The notes: generated from the sequence alone by a model not told the origin. 64,000 nt of DNA from an uncultured delta proteobacterium (GCA_963816395.1 CAWFKQ010000016.1:416001-480000); one strand, 5' to 3'. Positions 54,002-64,000 are shown, counted from the first letter of the stretch. Numbers and translations: made by a program.

Positions 54002-55148
54002 TCAGCCTTTGATGCCCGGCATCAGACTCTCGATCAGCTCCTCGGTCCACGGTGTTCCCTTGGCCAGAGCCTGGCGCAGCTGGACGAAATCGATCTCGCG
54101 CCCGGTCTCCTTGGTTCCCCTCGTTGAAGGCGCGAAAGCCGGTGCGCGCTTCGTTCATCATGTTCAGCGCCAGCCAGGCGCGGGAATTTTCCTTGTTGCG
54201 GTTCCAGGCGTCGAGCTTGGGCTTGCGCAGCTCCTCCAGGCTCTTGGTCATGCACTCGGGGAAGGTCTCCAGCAGCTTGGCGCACAGCTCCTCCACCTTC
54301 TGATCGAGCAGGCTCAGGTCCACCTCGCCGCCCTTGATCTGTGCCTGTCCTTCCTTGAAGGCGGCGCCGGTCTTGAACTCGCCATGCACCAGCCGGCCGT
54401 ACTCGTCGAGCAGCCGGTCGGTGATCACCGTCGGGTTGGCGACGAATTTGCCTGCCACCTTCAGCGCCGGCACCACGTCGGCGATGATCCCCAGCCGCGC
54501 CGCCTTGTGCGCCGAGAACGGCTCGCACAGCGTGCCGGAAACCATCGCCTGCTCGCAGCCGATCATCAGCGGCAGAAAGTCGGTCGCCCCGCCGATGGCC
54601 GCCGAACCGTGCTTGGGCCCGGCCTGGCCGAAGTTCGCCAGGTCCTGGGCGAGGCTGAAGTCGCAGGCCATGCCGATCTCCTGGCCGCCGCCGATGCGCA
54701 TGCCGTTCACCCGGCAGACCACCGGCTTGTCGCAGCCCAGGATGGCCGAGACCATGTCGTTGAACAGCCGCATGTACTGGCGGTACTCCTGCGGGTTGCC
54801 GGCGTAGTACTCGGCGTATTCCTTGGTGTTGCCGCCGGTGCAGAAGGCCTTGTCGCCGACGCCGGTGAACACCACCGCGTTCACCTGCCGGTCGACCGAG
54901 GCCCGGCGAAAGGCGAGAATGGTCGCCTTGACCATGTCGGTGGTATAGGAGTTGTACTGTTTGGGGTTGTTGAAGATGATCCAGGCATTGTAGAGCCCCT
55001 CGGCCACCGCGCCGTCACGGCCTCGGGCGGGGCGCTTCTCGTAGCGGACCATCCCGTCGCACAGACTCTCCACCTCCCGGTCGATCAGGTTATGGTCGAT
55101 CAGATGCCCCGGGGCGGTGCGGGCAATTATCTCTTCGGTCCTGGCCAT
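54002..55148 (-). CDS. oah: 6-oxocyclohex-1-ene-1-carbonyl-CoA hydrolase (Oah/BamA); frameshift at ~54115
   Basis: NPKQYNSYTT, FCTGGNTKEYAEYY, NGMRIGGGQE, QAGPKHGS. The shifted tail REIDFVQLRQALAKG ends at TGA 54002. Confidence 0.92.
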
Positions 55149-55309
55149 GGCTTGCCTCCTATAATTTATTGGGAATAGTTTCGGTGGATTTCGCGAAATC
55201 CTGGCAGATCGAATAAAGTCTTTGGACATCTCCTATTATGGCAAAATGGTACTTCAATACTTATTTAGGGTCAAGGAAAAAATCCCCGCCCTTGGAAATT
55301 TTCAGTCGC

Positions 55310-56224
55310 CTATTCCCGGGTATTTCTACCGGTTGCCGCCGGTTCACCGGGCGCGCCGCTCAGCGCCTTGCCCAGGAAGTTGGTGGGATTCCCCGAGAAC
55401 ACCCGGGTCTCGATCTCCTCCGGCAGTTCCAGTTCTCTGACCATCCGGATGTAGTCGAACACGGTTTCCGGGGCGTAGAGAAGGGCGTCGGAGCCGAAAC
55501 ACACCCGGTCGGCGTAATGAAGGATGAAGTCCCGGTAACCGGCCGGACTGCTCCTGATGTAGGGAAGCATGGAGGCGAAATCCGTGTACACGTTGGGATA
55601 GCGGTCGAGGATCTTGCGAAACGCGCTCCGGCCGATGCCCAGGTGCGCGAAGTTGACCCGAAGTCGGGGGAAATCGTCCAGCAGCGCGGCCATCAGGTCG
55701 CCGTAGCGCCGGGCATCCATGTGATAGAGCAATGGCAGATCGTGGGCTTCGGCAAAAGCGAAGATCTCCCATTCGCGCCGCCGGTACTGCTCGAGACTGA
55801 TGCCGAAAGTATCCGGAACGTTGCCGACGCCGAGATCGTTCCCGTCCTCGGCGAGGTAAATGCCCTTGATCCCGCGGAATCCCTGCGCGAGGTAATTCTC
55901 CAGGGTGGGGGCCACCTCGCCCCACAAATGACGCGTGTCCACGAAGGGCAGGAGGACGGGGGCGTTCAGCCGGGTCAGCTCCAGAAGGTCAGCCGCTTCG
56001 TGGAACAGCCGGTCGCCCCGGTTCTCGATATAGCCGGGGATCAGGTTCCACATGGCTTCGGCGTCCAGGTGCGTATTCACCAGCCCCACCACGGCCAGAT
56101 GCCGGAGACCTTCTTTCTGCAGCGCCTCGATCCCGCGGGCAACGGCCTCGGCGTGCTGTCTGCCGGTAAAGCAATGAAGGTGAACGTCGATAATTTCCTG
56201 GCGCATCGCCGATTCAGATTCCAT
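55310..56224 (-). CDS. Amidohydrolase_2-family metal-dependent enzyme
   Basis: IDVHLH, LLYH, FAHLG, VYTD, FGSD, FSGNP. Confidence 0.75.
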   Translation of the reverse strand: MESESAMRQEIIDVHLHCFTGRQHAEAVARGIEALQKEGLRHLAVVGLVNTHLDAEAMWNLIPGYIENRGDRLFHEAADLLELTRLNAPVLLPFVDTRHLWGEVAPTLENYLAQGFRGIKGIYLAEDGNDLGVGNVPDTFGISLEQYRRREWEIFAFAEAHDLPLLYHMDARRYGDLMAALLDDFPRLRVNFAHLGIGRSAFRKILDRYPNVYTDFASMLPYIRSSPAGYRDFILHYADRVCFGSDALLYAPETVFDYIRMVRELELPEEIETRVFSGNPTNFLGKALSGAPGEPAATGRNTRE

Positions 56225-57086
56225 GGGGGGATTCCGGCCGGCGCATGATGGCTTCGATGAGGGTGATCCGGCCTTCTTCGAGATTACGCACCTGATTCTC
56301 CGCCATGGCGCGAAAATCCGGGCCCAGGAGCAGGTGGATGCCGAGGGAGGGAGAACCCAGGCGGCGGATTTTCTCGCCCAGGTGGCGAAACCAGGACCGG
56401 CAGGTTTCCGTCACATCCCGCCACAGCACGGTCTCGAAGCCGGTTGCCTCCAGACTTTCGCGCATCTGCTGCGGCGTGGAGAGAAAGCTGATCGAAGACT
56501 CCCGCGCCCAGGGAACGGGGAAGTGCACCGGTCCGCCAGCTCCGGCGAAGATTTCATAGAGAGCCAGCACCCCGCCCGGCTTCAGAACCCGCCACATTTC
56601 GCGGCAGAGTTCTTCCTTGGCGGGGATGTTCATCCCGGCATGCTGCATCCAGAGCACATCGAAATTTCCCTCGGCGAAGGGCATGTCGAGAGCGTTGCCC
56701 TGCCGATAGCGGACGCGGGAATCGAGGCCGAGGCGCCGGGTGAGCATGGCGGCCACCCGGCAATATTCCGCGCTGAGATCGATCCCGGTGACCTGGCAAC
56801 CGAAGCCGCGGGCGAGATCTCGGCAGGCGCCGCCGAGGCCGCTGCCGATATCCAGGACCCGCATACCCTCGTTGAGGGAGATCTCCTGGGCCAGCGCTAG
56901 CGTCGCCTGGCGCCCGCGAATATGAAACTGATCAATCGGGGCAAGATCTTCAACGGTCAGGTGCTCCGGGTCCTTGCCGGCTTCAGCCAGAGCTCGCAGG
57001 ATGGCAGCACCGAGATCCTGATGGGAATAGTGGGCCTCTACCCTCGTCGAATTCCCGTCAGATGGGTTCATTCCATCGTTCCTCAT
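56214..57086 (-). CDS. Class I SAM-dependent methyltransferase
   Basis: DQFHIRG, VLDIGSGLGG, GIDLS, GNALDMPF, RVLKPGG. Confidence 0.85.
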   Translation of the reverse strand: MRNDGMNPSDGNSTRVEAHYSHQDLGAAILRALAEAGKDPEHLTVEDLAPIDQFHIRGRQATLALAQEISLNEGMRVLDIGSGLGGACRDLARGFGCQVTGIDLSAEYCRVAAMLTRRLGLDSRVRYRQGNALDMPFAEGNFDVLWMQHAGMNIPAKEELCREMWRVLKPGGVLALYEIFAGAGGPVHFPVPWARESSISFLSTPQQMRESLEATGFETVLWRDVTETCRSWFRHLGEKIRRLGSPSLGIHLLLGPDFRAMAENQVRNLEEGRITLIEAIMRRPESPHGI

Positions 57087-57150
57087 GTCCGGCTCTCGAC
57101 ATTCCCGCCGGCGTGTCTGGTTCCGGCCAGGGCCGGTCGGCTGCAGGAGA

Positions 57151-59202
57151 TCAGACCAGCGTCAGGAGCACTTGACCGATCTCGACGCTATTTCCCTCCT
57201 GTATGCAAAGTTCGCCGATGGTTCCGTCCCGGTCGGCGCAGATCTCGTTCTCCATTTTCATCGCCTCCAGAATCAGCAGCAGATCGCCTTCCTGGACCCG
57301 TTGCCCGGGAGACACCTCGATCTTCCAGACGTTGCCGGCCAGGGGAGCGGTCACTCCGTTCCTGTCGGCTGCGGCGGGCGTAGCGGACGGGGAGGGGGCG
57401 GCCGGTTTGCCGACTGCATCGCCGGTAAAGGTCAGCAGGATCGCCCCGGGATCGACGGCATCGCCTTCTTTGACCCGGATTTCGGCCACGACTCCGGATC
57501 TTTCGGCCAGCACCTCGTTCTCCATCTTCATGGCCTCAAGAATGAAGAGCAGGTCGCCTTCTTCGACCTTCTGCCCCGGCTTCACCTCGATCTTCCAGAT
57601 GTTGCCGGCCAGGGGAGCCACAACCTCACCCCCAGTGGCCGCTGCCTCGGCGGCCTGCGGCGCAGTTGCGTTCGCGGCCGCGGCGGCAGCGGCGGCCGCC
57701 TGGCCGCTTGCCCCGGCAACGTGAACGACGAAACTTCGCCCGCCGCCGGTAACGGTGAAAACCTCGCCGGCAGGCGCCGGAGCGGCGGCGGTAGAGGACT
57801 CCTCGCCCGTCGGTGCGGGTTCGAAGGCGCCCGGGTTGCCGCGGTTCTCCAGGAACTTGAGGCCCACCTGCGGGAACAGGGCACAGGTCAGCACGTCTTC
57901 TACTTCATTCTCGGCGAGGCGGATCCCCTTCTGCGCGGCGACCAGGCGCAACTCGCCGGTGAGTTTCTCCATTTCCGCCGCCAGCAGCTCCGCCGGCCGG
58001 CAGGTGATCGGTTCGGCGCCGTTGAGGACCTTCTGCTGCAACTCCCGGTTCACCGGCGCGGGGGTGGCGCCGTATTCCCCCTTCAGGACGGCGGCGGTTT
58101 CCTTGGTCATCGACTTGTAGCGCTCGCCGGTAAGGATATTGAGGACCGCCTGGCTGCCGACGATCTGCGAGGTGGGGGTCACCAGGGGGATAAAGCCCAG
58201 GTCCTCGCGCACTCTGGGGATCTCCTCCAGAACCTGGTCCATCTTGTGGATGGCGCCCTGCTCGCGCAGCTGGTTTTCCATATTGGTCAGCATGCCGCCG
58301 GGGACCTGCGCCGTGATGATCCGGGCGTCGATCCCCTTCAGGGAACCTTCGAATTTCGCGTACTTCTTCCGCACGTCGCGGAAATAGGCGGCGATCTCCT
58401 GCAGCAGCCCGAGGTTCAGGCCGGTGGCATGCCCGGTCCCCTCGGTGATGGCGACCAGGGTCTCGGTGGGGGAGTGGCCGTAGGTCAGGCTCATGGAGGA
58501 AATGGCCGTGTCGACGTTGTCGACTCCCGCCTCCAGCGCCTTGAGGTAGGCGGCGGTGGACATGCCGGTGGTGGCATGGCATTGCATGTGGATCGGCATG
58601 GCGAGTGCCGCCTTGAGCTTTTTGACCAGCTCGTAGGCGACATAGGGCGAGAGCAGGCCGGCCATGTCCTTGATGCACAGCGAGTGGGCGCCCATGTCCT
58701 TGATCTGCTTGCCGAGCTCGACCCATTTTTCGATGGTGTGAACCGGGCTGACGGTATAGGAGATGGTCCCCTGGGCATGTTTCCCCTGCCGCAGAACGGC
58801 CCGGATGGCCGTTTCGAGATTGCGCGGATCGTTCATGGCGTCGAAGACGCGAAAAACATCGATGCCGTTGATCGCCGCCCGCTCGACGAATTTCTCGACC
58901 ACATCATCGGCATAATGCCGGTAGCCGAGGATGTTCTGCCCCCGGAAGAGCATCTGCTGCCGGGTGTTGGGCATCGCCTTTTTCAGCGCCCGCAGGCGCT
59001 CCCAGGGATCCTCGCCGAGAAACCGGATACAGGAATCGAAGGTGGCGCCGCCCCACGTTTCCAGCGACCAGTAGCCGACCTGGTCGAGTTTCTCGGCGAT
59101 GGGCAGCATATCCTCCAGGCGCAGGCGGGTGGCGAACAGGGACTGGTGTGCGTCACGCAGCACAACTTCGGTGATTCCTAGTGGTTTTCTTGCTTTGGTC
59201 AT
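57151..59202 (-). CDS. oadA: Oxaloacetate decarboxylase alpha subunit with two biotinyl domains
   Basis: [53 protein letters not shown] occurs twice. Confidence 0.88.
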   Translation of the reverse strand: MTKARKPLGITEVVLRDAHQSLFATRLRLEDMLPIAEKLDQVGYWSLETWGGATFDSCIRFLGEDPWERLRALKKAMPNTRQQMLFRGQNILGYRHYADDVVEKFVERAAINGIDVFRVFDAMNDPRNLETAIRAVLRQGKHAQGTISYTVSPVHTIEKWVELGKQIKDMGAHSLCIKDMAGLLSPYVAYELVKKLKAALAMPIHMQCHATTGMSTAAYLKALEAGVDNVDTAISSMSLTYGHSPTETLVAITEGTGHATGLNLGLLQEIAAYFRDVRKKYAKFEGSLKGIDARIITAQVPGGMLTNMENQLREQGAIHKMDQVLEEIPRVREDLGFIPLVTPTSQIVGSQAVLNILTGERYKSMTKETAAVLKGEYGATPAPVNRELQQKVLNGAEPITCRPAELLAAEMEKLTGELRLVAAQKGIRLAENEVEDVLTCALFPQVGLKFLENRGNPGAFEPAPTGEESSTAAAPAPAGEVFTVTGGGRSFVVHVAGASGQAAAAAAAAANATAPQAAEAAATGGEVVAPLAGNIWKIEVKPGQKVEEGDLLFILEAMKMENEVLAERSGVVAEIRVKEGDAVDPGAILLTFTGDAVGKPAAPSPSATPAAADRNGVTAPLAGNVWKIEVSPGQRVQEGDLLLILEAMKMENEICADRDGTIGELCIQEGNSVEIGQVLLTLV

Positions 59203-59277
59203 CGAAAAACCCTTTGTATTTAGGGGCTCTTCCGGAAAGCCCCGGGCACAGGCGCCCGGGGCTTGTTGGGGCGAGCC

Positions 59278-61036
59278 TTAGCCCTTGATGATGCGGGGCA
59301 GAAGCATTTGGTGGACAGGGGTGATCGAGCGGGGATTCTGGTAGTTGGCGCCGGTGAAGGCCTGGATGTACCGGCGCAGGTCCGGGCAGGGAGACGATTT
59401 CGTCGACGAAACCCTTGCGGGCGCAGTAGGCCGGACGCGACTTGTCCTGGTAATCCTGGATCATCTGGTTCATCTTCTCCAGGGTCGGTGTGAGATCGCG
59501 GCCGGCTTCATCTTCTTTGACCAGGCGGCGGGCATAGGAGGCGGCGGCCGCCGTTTCCCCGTGCATGACGTAGATTTCCGTCAGCGGGGTACCCAGGGTG
59601 AAGGCATTGTTGTTGTTGGCCTGGGGTCCGGCCATGATGTAATGGGCAGCGGCGGAGCCCTTGCGCAGCACGACGCACATCATGGAGAGGTTGGTCTGCT
59701 CGATGGAATAGACCAGGGACTGCCCCAGGGCGAGCAGTTCGGCTTCTTCGGCCAGATCGCCGACGTCGATACCGGTAGTGTCCTGCAGCCAGATGATGGG
59801 CAGGTTGTCGCGGCCGCAGAGGGTGACGAACTCGCCCTGCTTGATGAGTCCCTGGCGGTAATGCTTGCCGCCGACGCCCGGGTAGGCGCCTTGGGCGTAC
59901 TCGGGATAGCCGGGGAAAACCCCCTGGCGGTTGCCGATGAAGGCGACCGGAAAGCCGTCGATCTTGGCGATGCCGGTGAAGACTTCACGCCCGTAATCGG
60001 GGCGGTATTCCATGAACTCGCTGCCGTCGGTGAGGCGTGCCAGGATCTGCAGGGCATCGTAGGGGCGCTTCTGGTTGGCCGGCAGGAGGCGGTCGAGATC
60101 TTCGGTTGCGAACCTGGGCTCGGCGGGAGCGGCGACCCGGAAGATGGCCGGATCATAGGCCGGCAGCATGCGCATGTAATCCTTGATCCCGTCAAGGACC
60201 CCCTGCTCCGTCTCATGAACTTCACGGAAATAGGCCGTGTGGTCGAAGTGGGTCTCCACCCGGCCGGGGGCTTTCGACTCGAAATTTCTGGTGGCTTCGA
60301 TGAGCTGGCGGGCGGTTTCGACGTCGAAATGCCCGCGCGGGTTCATCCCGCCGACGATGCCGGCGCCGCCGACGGCGATGTTCGCTCCCTCATGGGCCAG
60401 CAGGATAGTGGGGCTGATTCCCTGGTAACCGCCGCCGGCCGGGTTGGTTCCGTAGATGGCATTGAGGATGGGAATCCCCAGCTGGTTCAGTTCGGCATGG
60501 CGGTAGAAGGGTGCCCCGTTGGAGCGGCGGCCGGCGTAGACGGTCTCCTGTTCCATGAGCTTGACGCCGCTGCAGTTGGTCAGCCAGACCAGGGGGACGT
60601 TGAGCCGCTTGGCCAGGTCGGTGACCAGCAGGATGTTCTCGGCCTGGCCGGCGATCCAGGCGCCGGCCATCACCTTGTTGTCGAAGCCGATGATCACCGC
60701 CCAGCGCCCTTCGATCCTGCCGATGCCGTTAACCACCCCGGTACACCCCTCTTCATTGTCCTGGGGGTCAAAGAGGGAGTTGAGGGGGCACCAGGTGCCG
60801 GCGTCGACCAGGTACTCGAGGCGGTCGTAGACGGTCATCCCGCCCCGCTGGCGGATTTTCTCGGCGGGGATGCCGGCGGTTCGGACCCGCTCCCGTTCCG
60901 CTTCGAGGAGTTTTTCCTGTTCCCGGATCAGATCGACATTCTCCTGGGAGCGCCGGATCTCCGCTTCGCTGAGCTCCTTGCCGATGCCGGACATTTTCTC
61001 AAAATACGGGCGCAGTGGCGTTTGCTTACGTGACAT
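59278..61036 (-). CDS. gcdA: Glutaconyl-CoA decarboxylase alpha (carboxyltransferase); frameshift at ~59385
   Basis: AGAWIAGQ, NCSGVKL, GTNPAGGGY, QDTTGIDVG, VMHGETAA. The shifted tail YQNPRSITPVHQMLLPRIIKG ends at TAA 59278. Confidence 0.88.
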
Positions 61037-61141
61037 GACAGTCCCTTTCACACTGAGAACGCTGGGGATTCAATGCGGCCGCCGCCAGCCGGCCGATAGT
61101 CGGCGGCAGGCGGCCGGATGGCGGGATAAGGGGCAGGGGAA

Positions 61142-61354
61142 TCAACCGATGATGGCCAGAATATCCCCTTCCTCAACCGAGTCCCCTTCTTTGACCTTCA
61201 GTTCGGTGACGGTGCCGCTCTCATCGCAGAAGATCGGCGTTTCCATTTTCAGCGCCTCGAGGATGATGACCTCGTCGTCCACCTCGACTTTATCCCCAAC
61301 GGCAACAGTGATTTTCCAGACTTTTCCGGCGATCGGTGCGGTCAGTTCAGCCAT
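61142..61354 (-). CDS. gcdC: Biotin carboxyl carrier subunit (GcdC-like)
   Basis: APIAGKVWKI, LEALKME; 70 aa. Confidence 0.85.
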   Translation of the reverse strand: MAELTAPIAGKVWKITVAVGDKVEVDDEVIILEALKMETPIFCDESGTVTELKVKEGDSVEEGDILAIIG

Positions 61355-61405
61355 TGTTCACTCCCCCTGTTCTGTTAAGATTAATGTTTAAGTTCTTAAA
61401 GATAT

Positions 61406-61472
61406 TAACGCAGAGGCGCAGAGCCGCGGAGAAAAAAATTTTATTTGCAGGAACGTCTCTGCGCCTGCGTGT
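61406..61472. repeat. Palindrome of CGCAGAG-type units
   Basis: AACGCAGAGGCGCAGAGCCGCGGAG ... CTCTGCGCCTGCGTGTT. Confidence 0.65.
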
Positions 61473-61492
61473 TGTAAAGCTCGGTTATACGG

Positions 61493-62611
61493 TTATCCGA
61501 GTTCCTTCAGCAGAATGGCCGCCGCCACCACGGTGCCGATCACGCCGGCGACATTCGGTCCCATGGCGTGCATGAGCAGGTAACTGCGGCGGTTGGCCTC
61601 CGACCCCACTTTGTGCACGCAGCGGGCCGCCATGGGGACGGCCGAAACGCCGGCGGCACCGATGAGGGGATTGATCTTGGTCTTGAGGAAAAGGTTCATG
61701 AACTTGGCCATGAGCAGCCCCGACATGGTGCTGACGGCGAAGGCGAAGAGACCAAGGAAGAAGATGAACAGGACCTTGGGGGTGAGAAAGGTATCGGCGG
61801 TCATGGTGGCGCCGACGGAAAGCCCCAGGAAGATGGTCACGATGTTCATCAGCTCATTGGAGGAGGCCTTGGTCAGGCGTTCGACGACGCCCGATTCCTT
61901 GAAGAGGTTGCCCAGCATGAGCATGGAGATCAGGGGAGCCGAGGGCGGCACGATCAGCATGACGACCATGGCGGTGAGGATGGGGAAGCAGACCTTCTGC
62001 AGTTTGCTGACGGGGCGCATTTTCCCCATGACGATCTTACGCTCCTGCTCGGTCGTCAGCAGCTTCATGATCGGCGGCTGGACGATGGGGACCAGGGCCA
62101 TGTAGGCGTAGGCCGAAACCGCCGTGGCGCCGATGAGCTGCGGTGCCATCTTGGCGGTCAGGTAAACCGTGGTCGGCCCGTCGGCGCCGCCGATAATGGC
62201 GATGGAGCCGGCCTCCTGGAGGGTGAAGCCGAACAGGATCGCGGCGAAGAAGGTGATGTAAATGCCGACCTGCGCCCCCGCCCCCAGCAGCAGCGTCTTC
62301 GGGTTGGCGATCAGCGGACCGAAATCGATCAGGGCGCCAAGACCGAGGAAGATCAGGGGGGGGATGATGTCCCTGGCGATGCCGTAATTGTAGAAAAACC
62401 AGATGAGGCCGTGCTCGGGCTCCATCAGGAAAGTGATCGGCAGGTTGACGATCAGGATGCCGAAGGAAATCGGCAGCAGCAGCAGGGGCTCGTACTGCTT
62501 GCGGATGGCCAGATAGAACAGGACGAAAGCGACCAGCCACATGAACACGTTGCCGACCGTCAGGTGGACCACGCCGCTGGCGAAAATAAGGCTTTTGAAT
62601 ACATCTAACAT
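61493..62611 (-). CDS. gcdB: Na+-translocating decarboxylase beta subunit
   Basis: YEPLLLLPI, DFGPLIANP, IIGGADGPT, GAAGVSAVPMAAR, HAMGPNVAGVIG. Confidence 0.93.
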   Translation of the reverse strand: MLDVFKSLIFASGVVHLTVGNVFMWLVAFVLFYLAIRKQYEPLLLLPISFGILIVNLPITFLMEPEHGLIWFFYNYGIARDIIPPLIFLGLGALIDFGPLIANPKTLLLGAGAQVGIYITFFAAILFGFTLQEAGSIAIIGGADGPTTVYLTAKMAPQLIGATAVSAYAYMALVPIVQPPIMKLLTTEQERKIVMGKMRPVSKLQKVCFPILTAMVVMLIVPPSAPLISMLMLGNLFKESGVVERLTKASSNELMNIVTIFLGLSVGATMTADTFLTPKVLFIFFLGLFAFAVSTMSGLLMAKFMNLFLKTKINPLIGAAGVSAVPMAARCVHKVGSEANRRSYLLMHAMGPNVAGVIGTVVAAAILLKELG

Positions 62612-62812
62612 GGCGGATTCCCGAGCCTTTCTTTGCTGACTGCAGCTCTCTGCGGCGGCGCTGTCAGCCGGTGCGGTTCTCTTGTTCCAGGCCTCGAAGC
62701 GGTCGATGGCGGCGGTGCCGAGCTGCGTCAGGATCTGCAGCAGGAACATGACCAGATAGACCCCGACGATGCCGGTGAAGAAGACTTCCAGAGCTTTGGA
62801 CCAGATGTTCAC
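62612..62812 (-). CDS. OadG/GcdD-like single-TM subunit (reads in frame into beta)
   Basis: GTG start after AAGGAAAGGGG; TM segment GIVGVYLVMFLLQIL then an Ala-rich linker. Confidence 0.65.
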
Positions 62813-62853
62813 ACGTTTACCCCTTTCCTTCCTGTTGCCGGCCGTGGACGAGG

Positions 62854-63999
62854 CTAGCGGTTTGCCGCATCCCCGAGGGCGACGCCGGCGATGATCGTCT
62901 TCTGGATATTGCTGGTGCCTTCGACCACCCGGAGGGACTGGGCATCGCGAAGGAAGCGCTCGGCGGGATATTCGGTGGAGAAGCCGTAGCTGCCGAAGAT
63001 CTTCATCGTTTCGCTGGCGGCATGGACGGCGGCTTCGGAGGCGAAGAGTTTGGCCATGGAGGTCTGGTACTGGTTAGGCAAGCCCTGATCCTTGAGCCAG
63101 GCGGCCTGGTAGACGAGCAGGCGGGCGGCCTCATGTTCGGCGACCATGTCGGCGATCTGCGCCTGAATCATCTGGAAGGAGCCGATTTTTTTGCCGAACT
63201 GGGTGCGCTCGTTAGCGTACTCGATGGCCGCCGCAATGGCGCCGCCGGCAATGCCGAGGGCTCCGGCGGAGCAGCTGATGCGGGTGTTGTTAAGCTGCCA
63301 CATGCAGATCTGAAAGCCCATGCCGACTTTGCCAAGGACGGCGTCCTTGGGAATCCGGGCCTGGCTGAAGGCAATCTCGCCGGTGGGGGCGCAGTGCAGG
63401 CCGAGCTTGGTATTGATCGGTGCGGTGACGATCCCCTCGGTGTCTTTCAGATTGACGATGAAGCAGGTCATCCCCTTGTACTTCTGGCTCTTGTCGGTGT
63501 AGGCGTAAACCAGGCCCCAGTCGCCGACATGGGCATTGGAGATCCACATCTTCTGGCCGTTGAGCTCCCAATAGTCACCGCGATCGGTGGCCGTCGTCTG
63601 CATGCTGGCGACATCGGAGCCGGAATTGGGCTCGGTGATGGCAAAAAAGCCGAAGGAATCGGCACTGACCCAGCTGGGGATGAAGCGCTGTTTCTGCTCC
63701 TCGCTGCCGAATTTATTGACCGTTATCGCCGGTCCGATGTTCTGCATGTTGAACGGCAGGCGCCAGGAGCCGCTGACCTTGGCGATCTGCTCGGCCAGGA
63801 TCACCGACTCGAGAAAGCCGAAGCCGTTGCCGCCGTATTCTTCCGGCAGGGCGCAGCCGAAGAAGCCGAGTTCGGCCATCTTTTTCACCAGTTCCGGGCG
63901 GAACCGGTGATTCGCTTCGTCCTCTTTGAGGGTGGGAAGGATTTCCTTCTGCGCGAAATCCTTGGCCAAATCCTGCATCATCCGTTGTTCATCCGTCAA
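62854..63999 (-). CDS. Acyl-CoA dehydrogenase, probable non-decarboxylating glutaryl-CoA dehydrogenase (start probably just outside the window)
   Basis: ITEPNSGSD, WRLPFNMQ, LNNTRIS; RVVEGTSNI has Val, not Tyr, before the catalytic Glu; directly upstream of the gcd subunits. Confidence 0.8.
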   Translation of the reverse strand: MTDEQRMMQDLAKDFAQKEILPTLKEDEANHRFRPELVKKMAELGFFGCALPEEYGGNGFGFLESVILAEQIAKVSGSWRLPFNMQNIGPAITVNKFGSEEQKQRFIPSWVSADSFGFFAITEPNSGSDVASMQTTATDRGDYWELNGQKMWISNAHVGDWGLVYAYTDKSQKYKGMTCFIVNLKDTEGIVTAPINTKLGLHCAPTGEIAFSQARIPKDAVLGKVGMGFQICMWQLNNTRISCSAGALGIAGGAIAAAIEYANERTQFGKKIGSFQMIQAQIADMVAEHEAARLLVYQAAWLKDQGLPNQYQTSMAKLFASEAAVHAASETMKIFGSYGFSTEYPAERFLRDAQSLRVVEGTSNIQKTIIAGVALGDAANR

Positions 64000-64000
64000 T

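Overview
GC-rich bacterial chromosome segment. Gene content points to Desulfuromonadales (Desulfuromonas/Geobacter-like); this assignment is inferred. Four blocks: (1) 1-12.4 kb: extracellular electron-transfer cluster with four large MtrC/OmcA-like lipoprotein cytochromes (one only as a 3' end) around a porin plus two small cytochromes. Two complete genes, and probably the partial one, look circularly permuted relative to MtrC. (2) 12.5-34 kb: a polyamine operon (XRE-cupin regulator, speD-speE-speA) and housekeeping genes (proC, yggS, maf, trmFO, topA, smg, dprA, LysM, cpoB, U32 peptidase). (3) 34.2-40.9 kb: a translationally coupled five-gene operon (lipid kinase, NUDIX, membrane methyltransferase, class I isoprenoid-synthase fold, FtsX/LolE permease), then nudC and ald. 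(4) 41-64 kb, minus strand: anaerobic aromatic-degradation region. It combines the ATP-dependent class I benzoyl-CoA reductase bcrCBAD and oah with a non-decarboxylating glutaryl-CoA dehydrogenase, Na+-pumping glutaconyl-CoA and oxaloacetate decarboxylase subunits, thiolase, hbd, a membrane Fe-S oxidoreductase, etfBA and sucCD. Many intergenic gaps hold short-period repeat palindromes, plus a REP pair and a MITE-like element. More than 20 single-base frameshifts, some in housekeeping genes, suggest an unpolished long-read assembly, so the affected genes are called as CDS with reconstructed ends. No rRNA, tRNA, CRISPR array or transposase was recognised.
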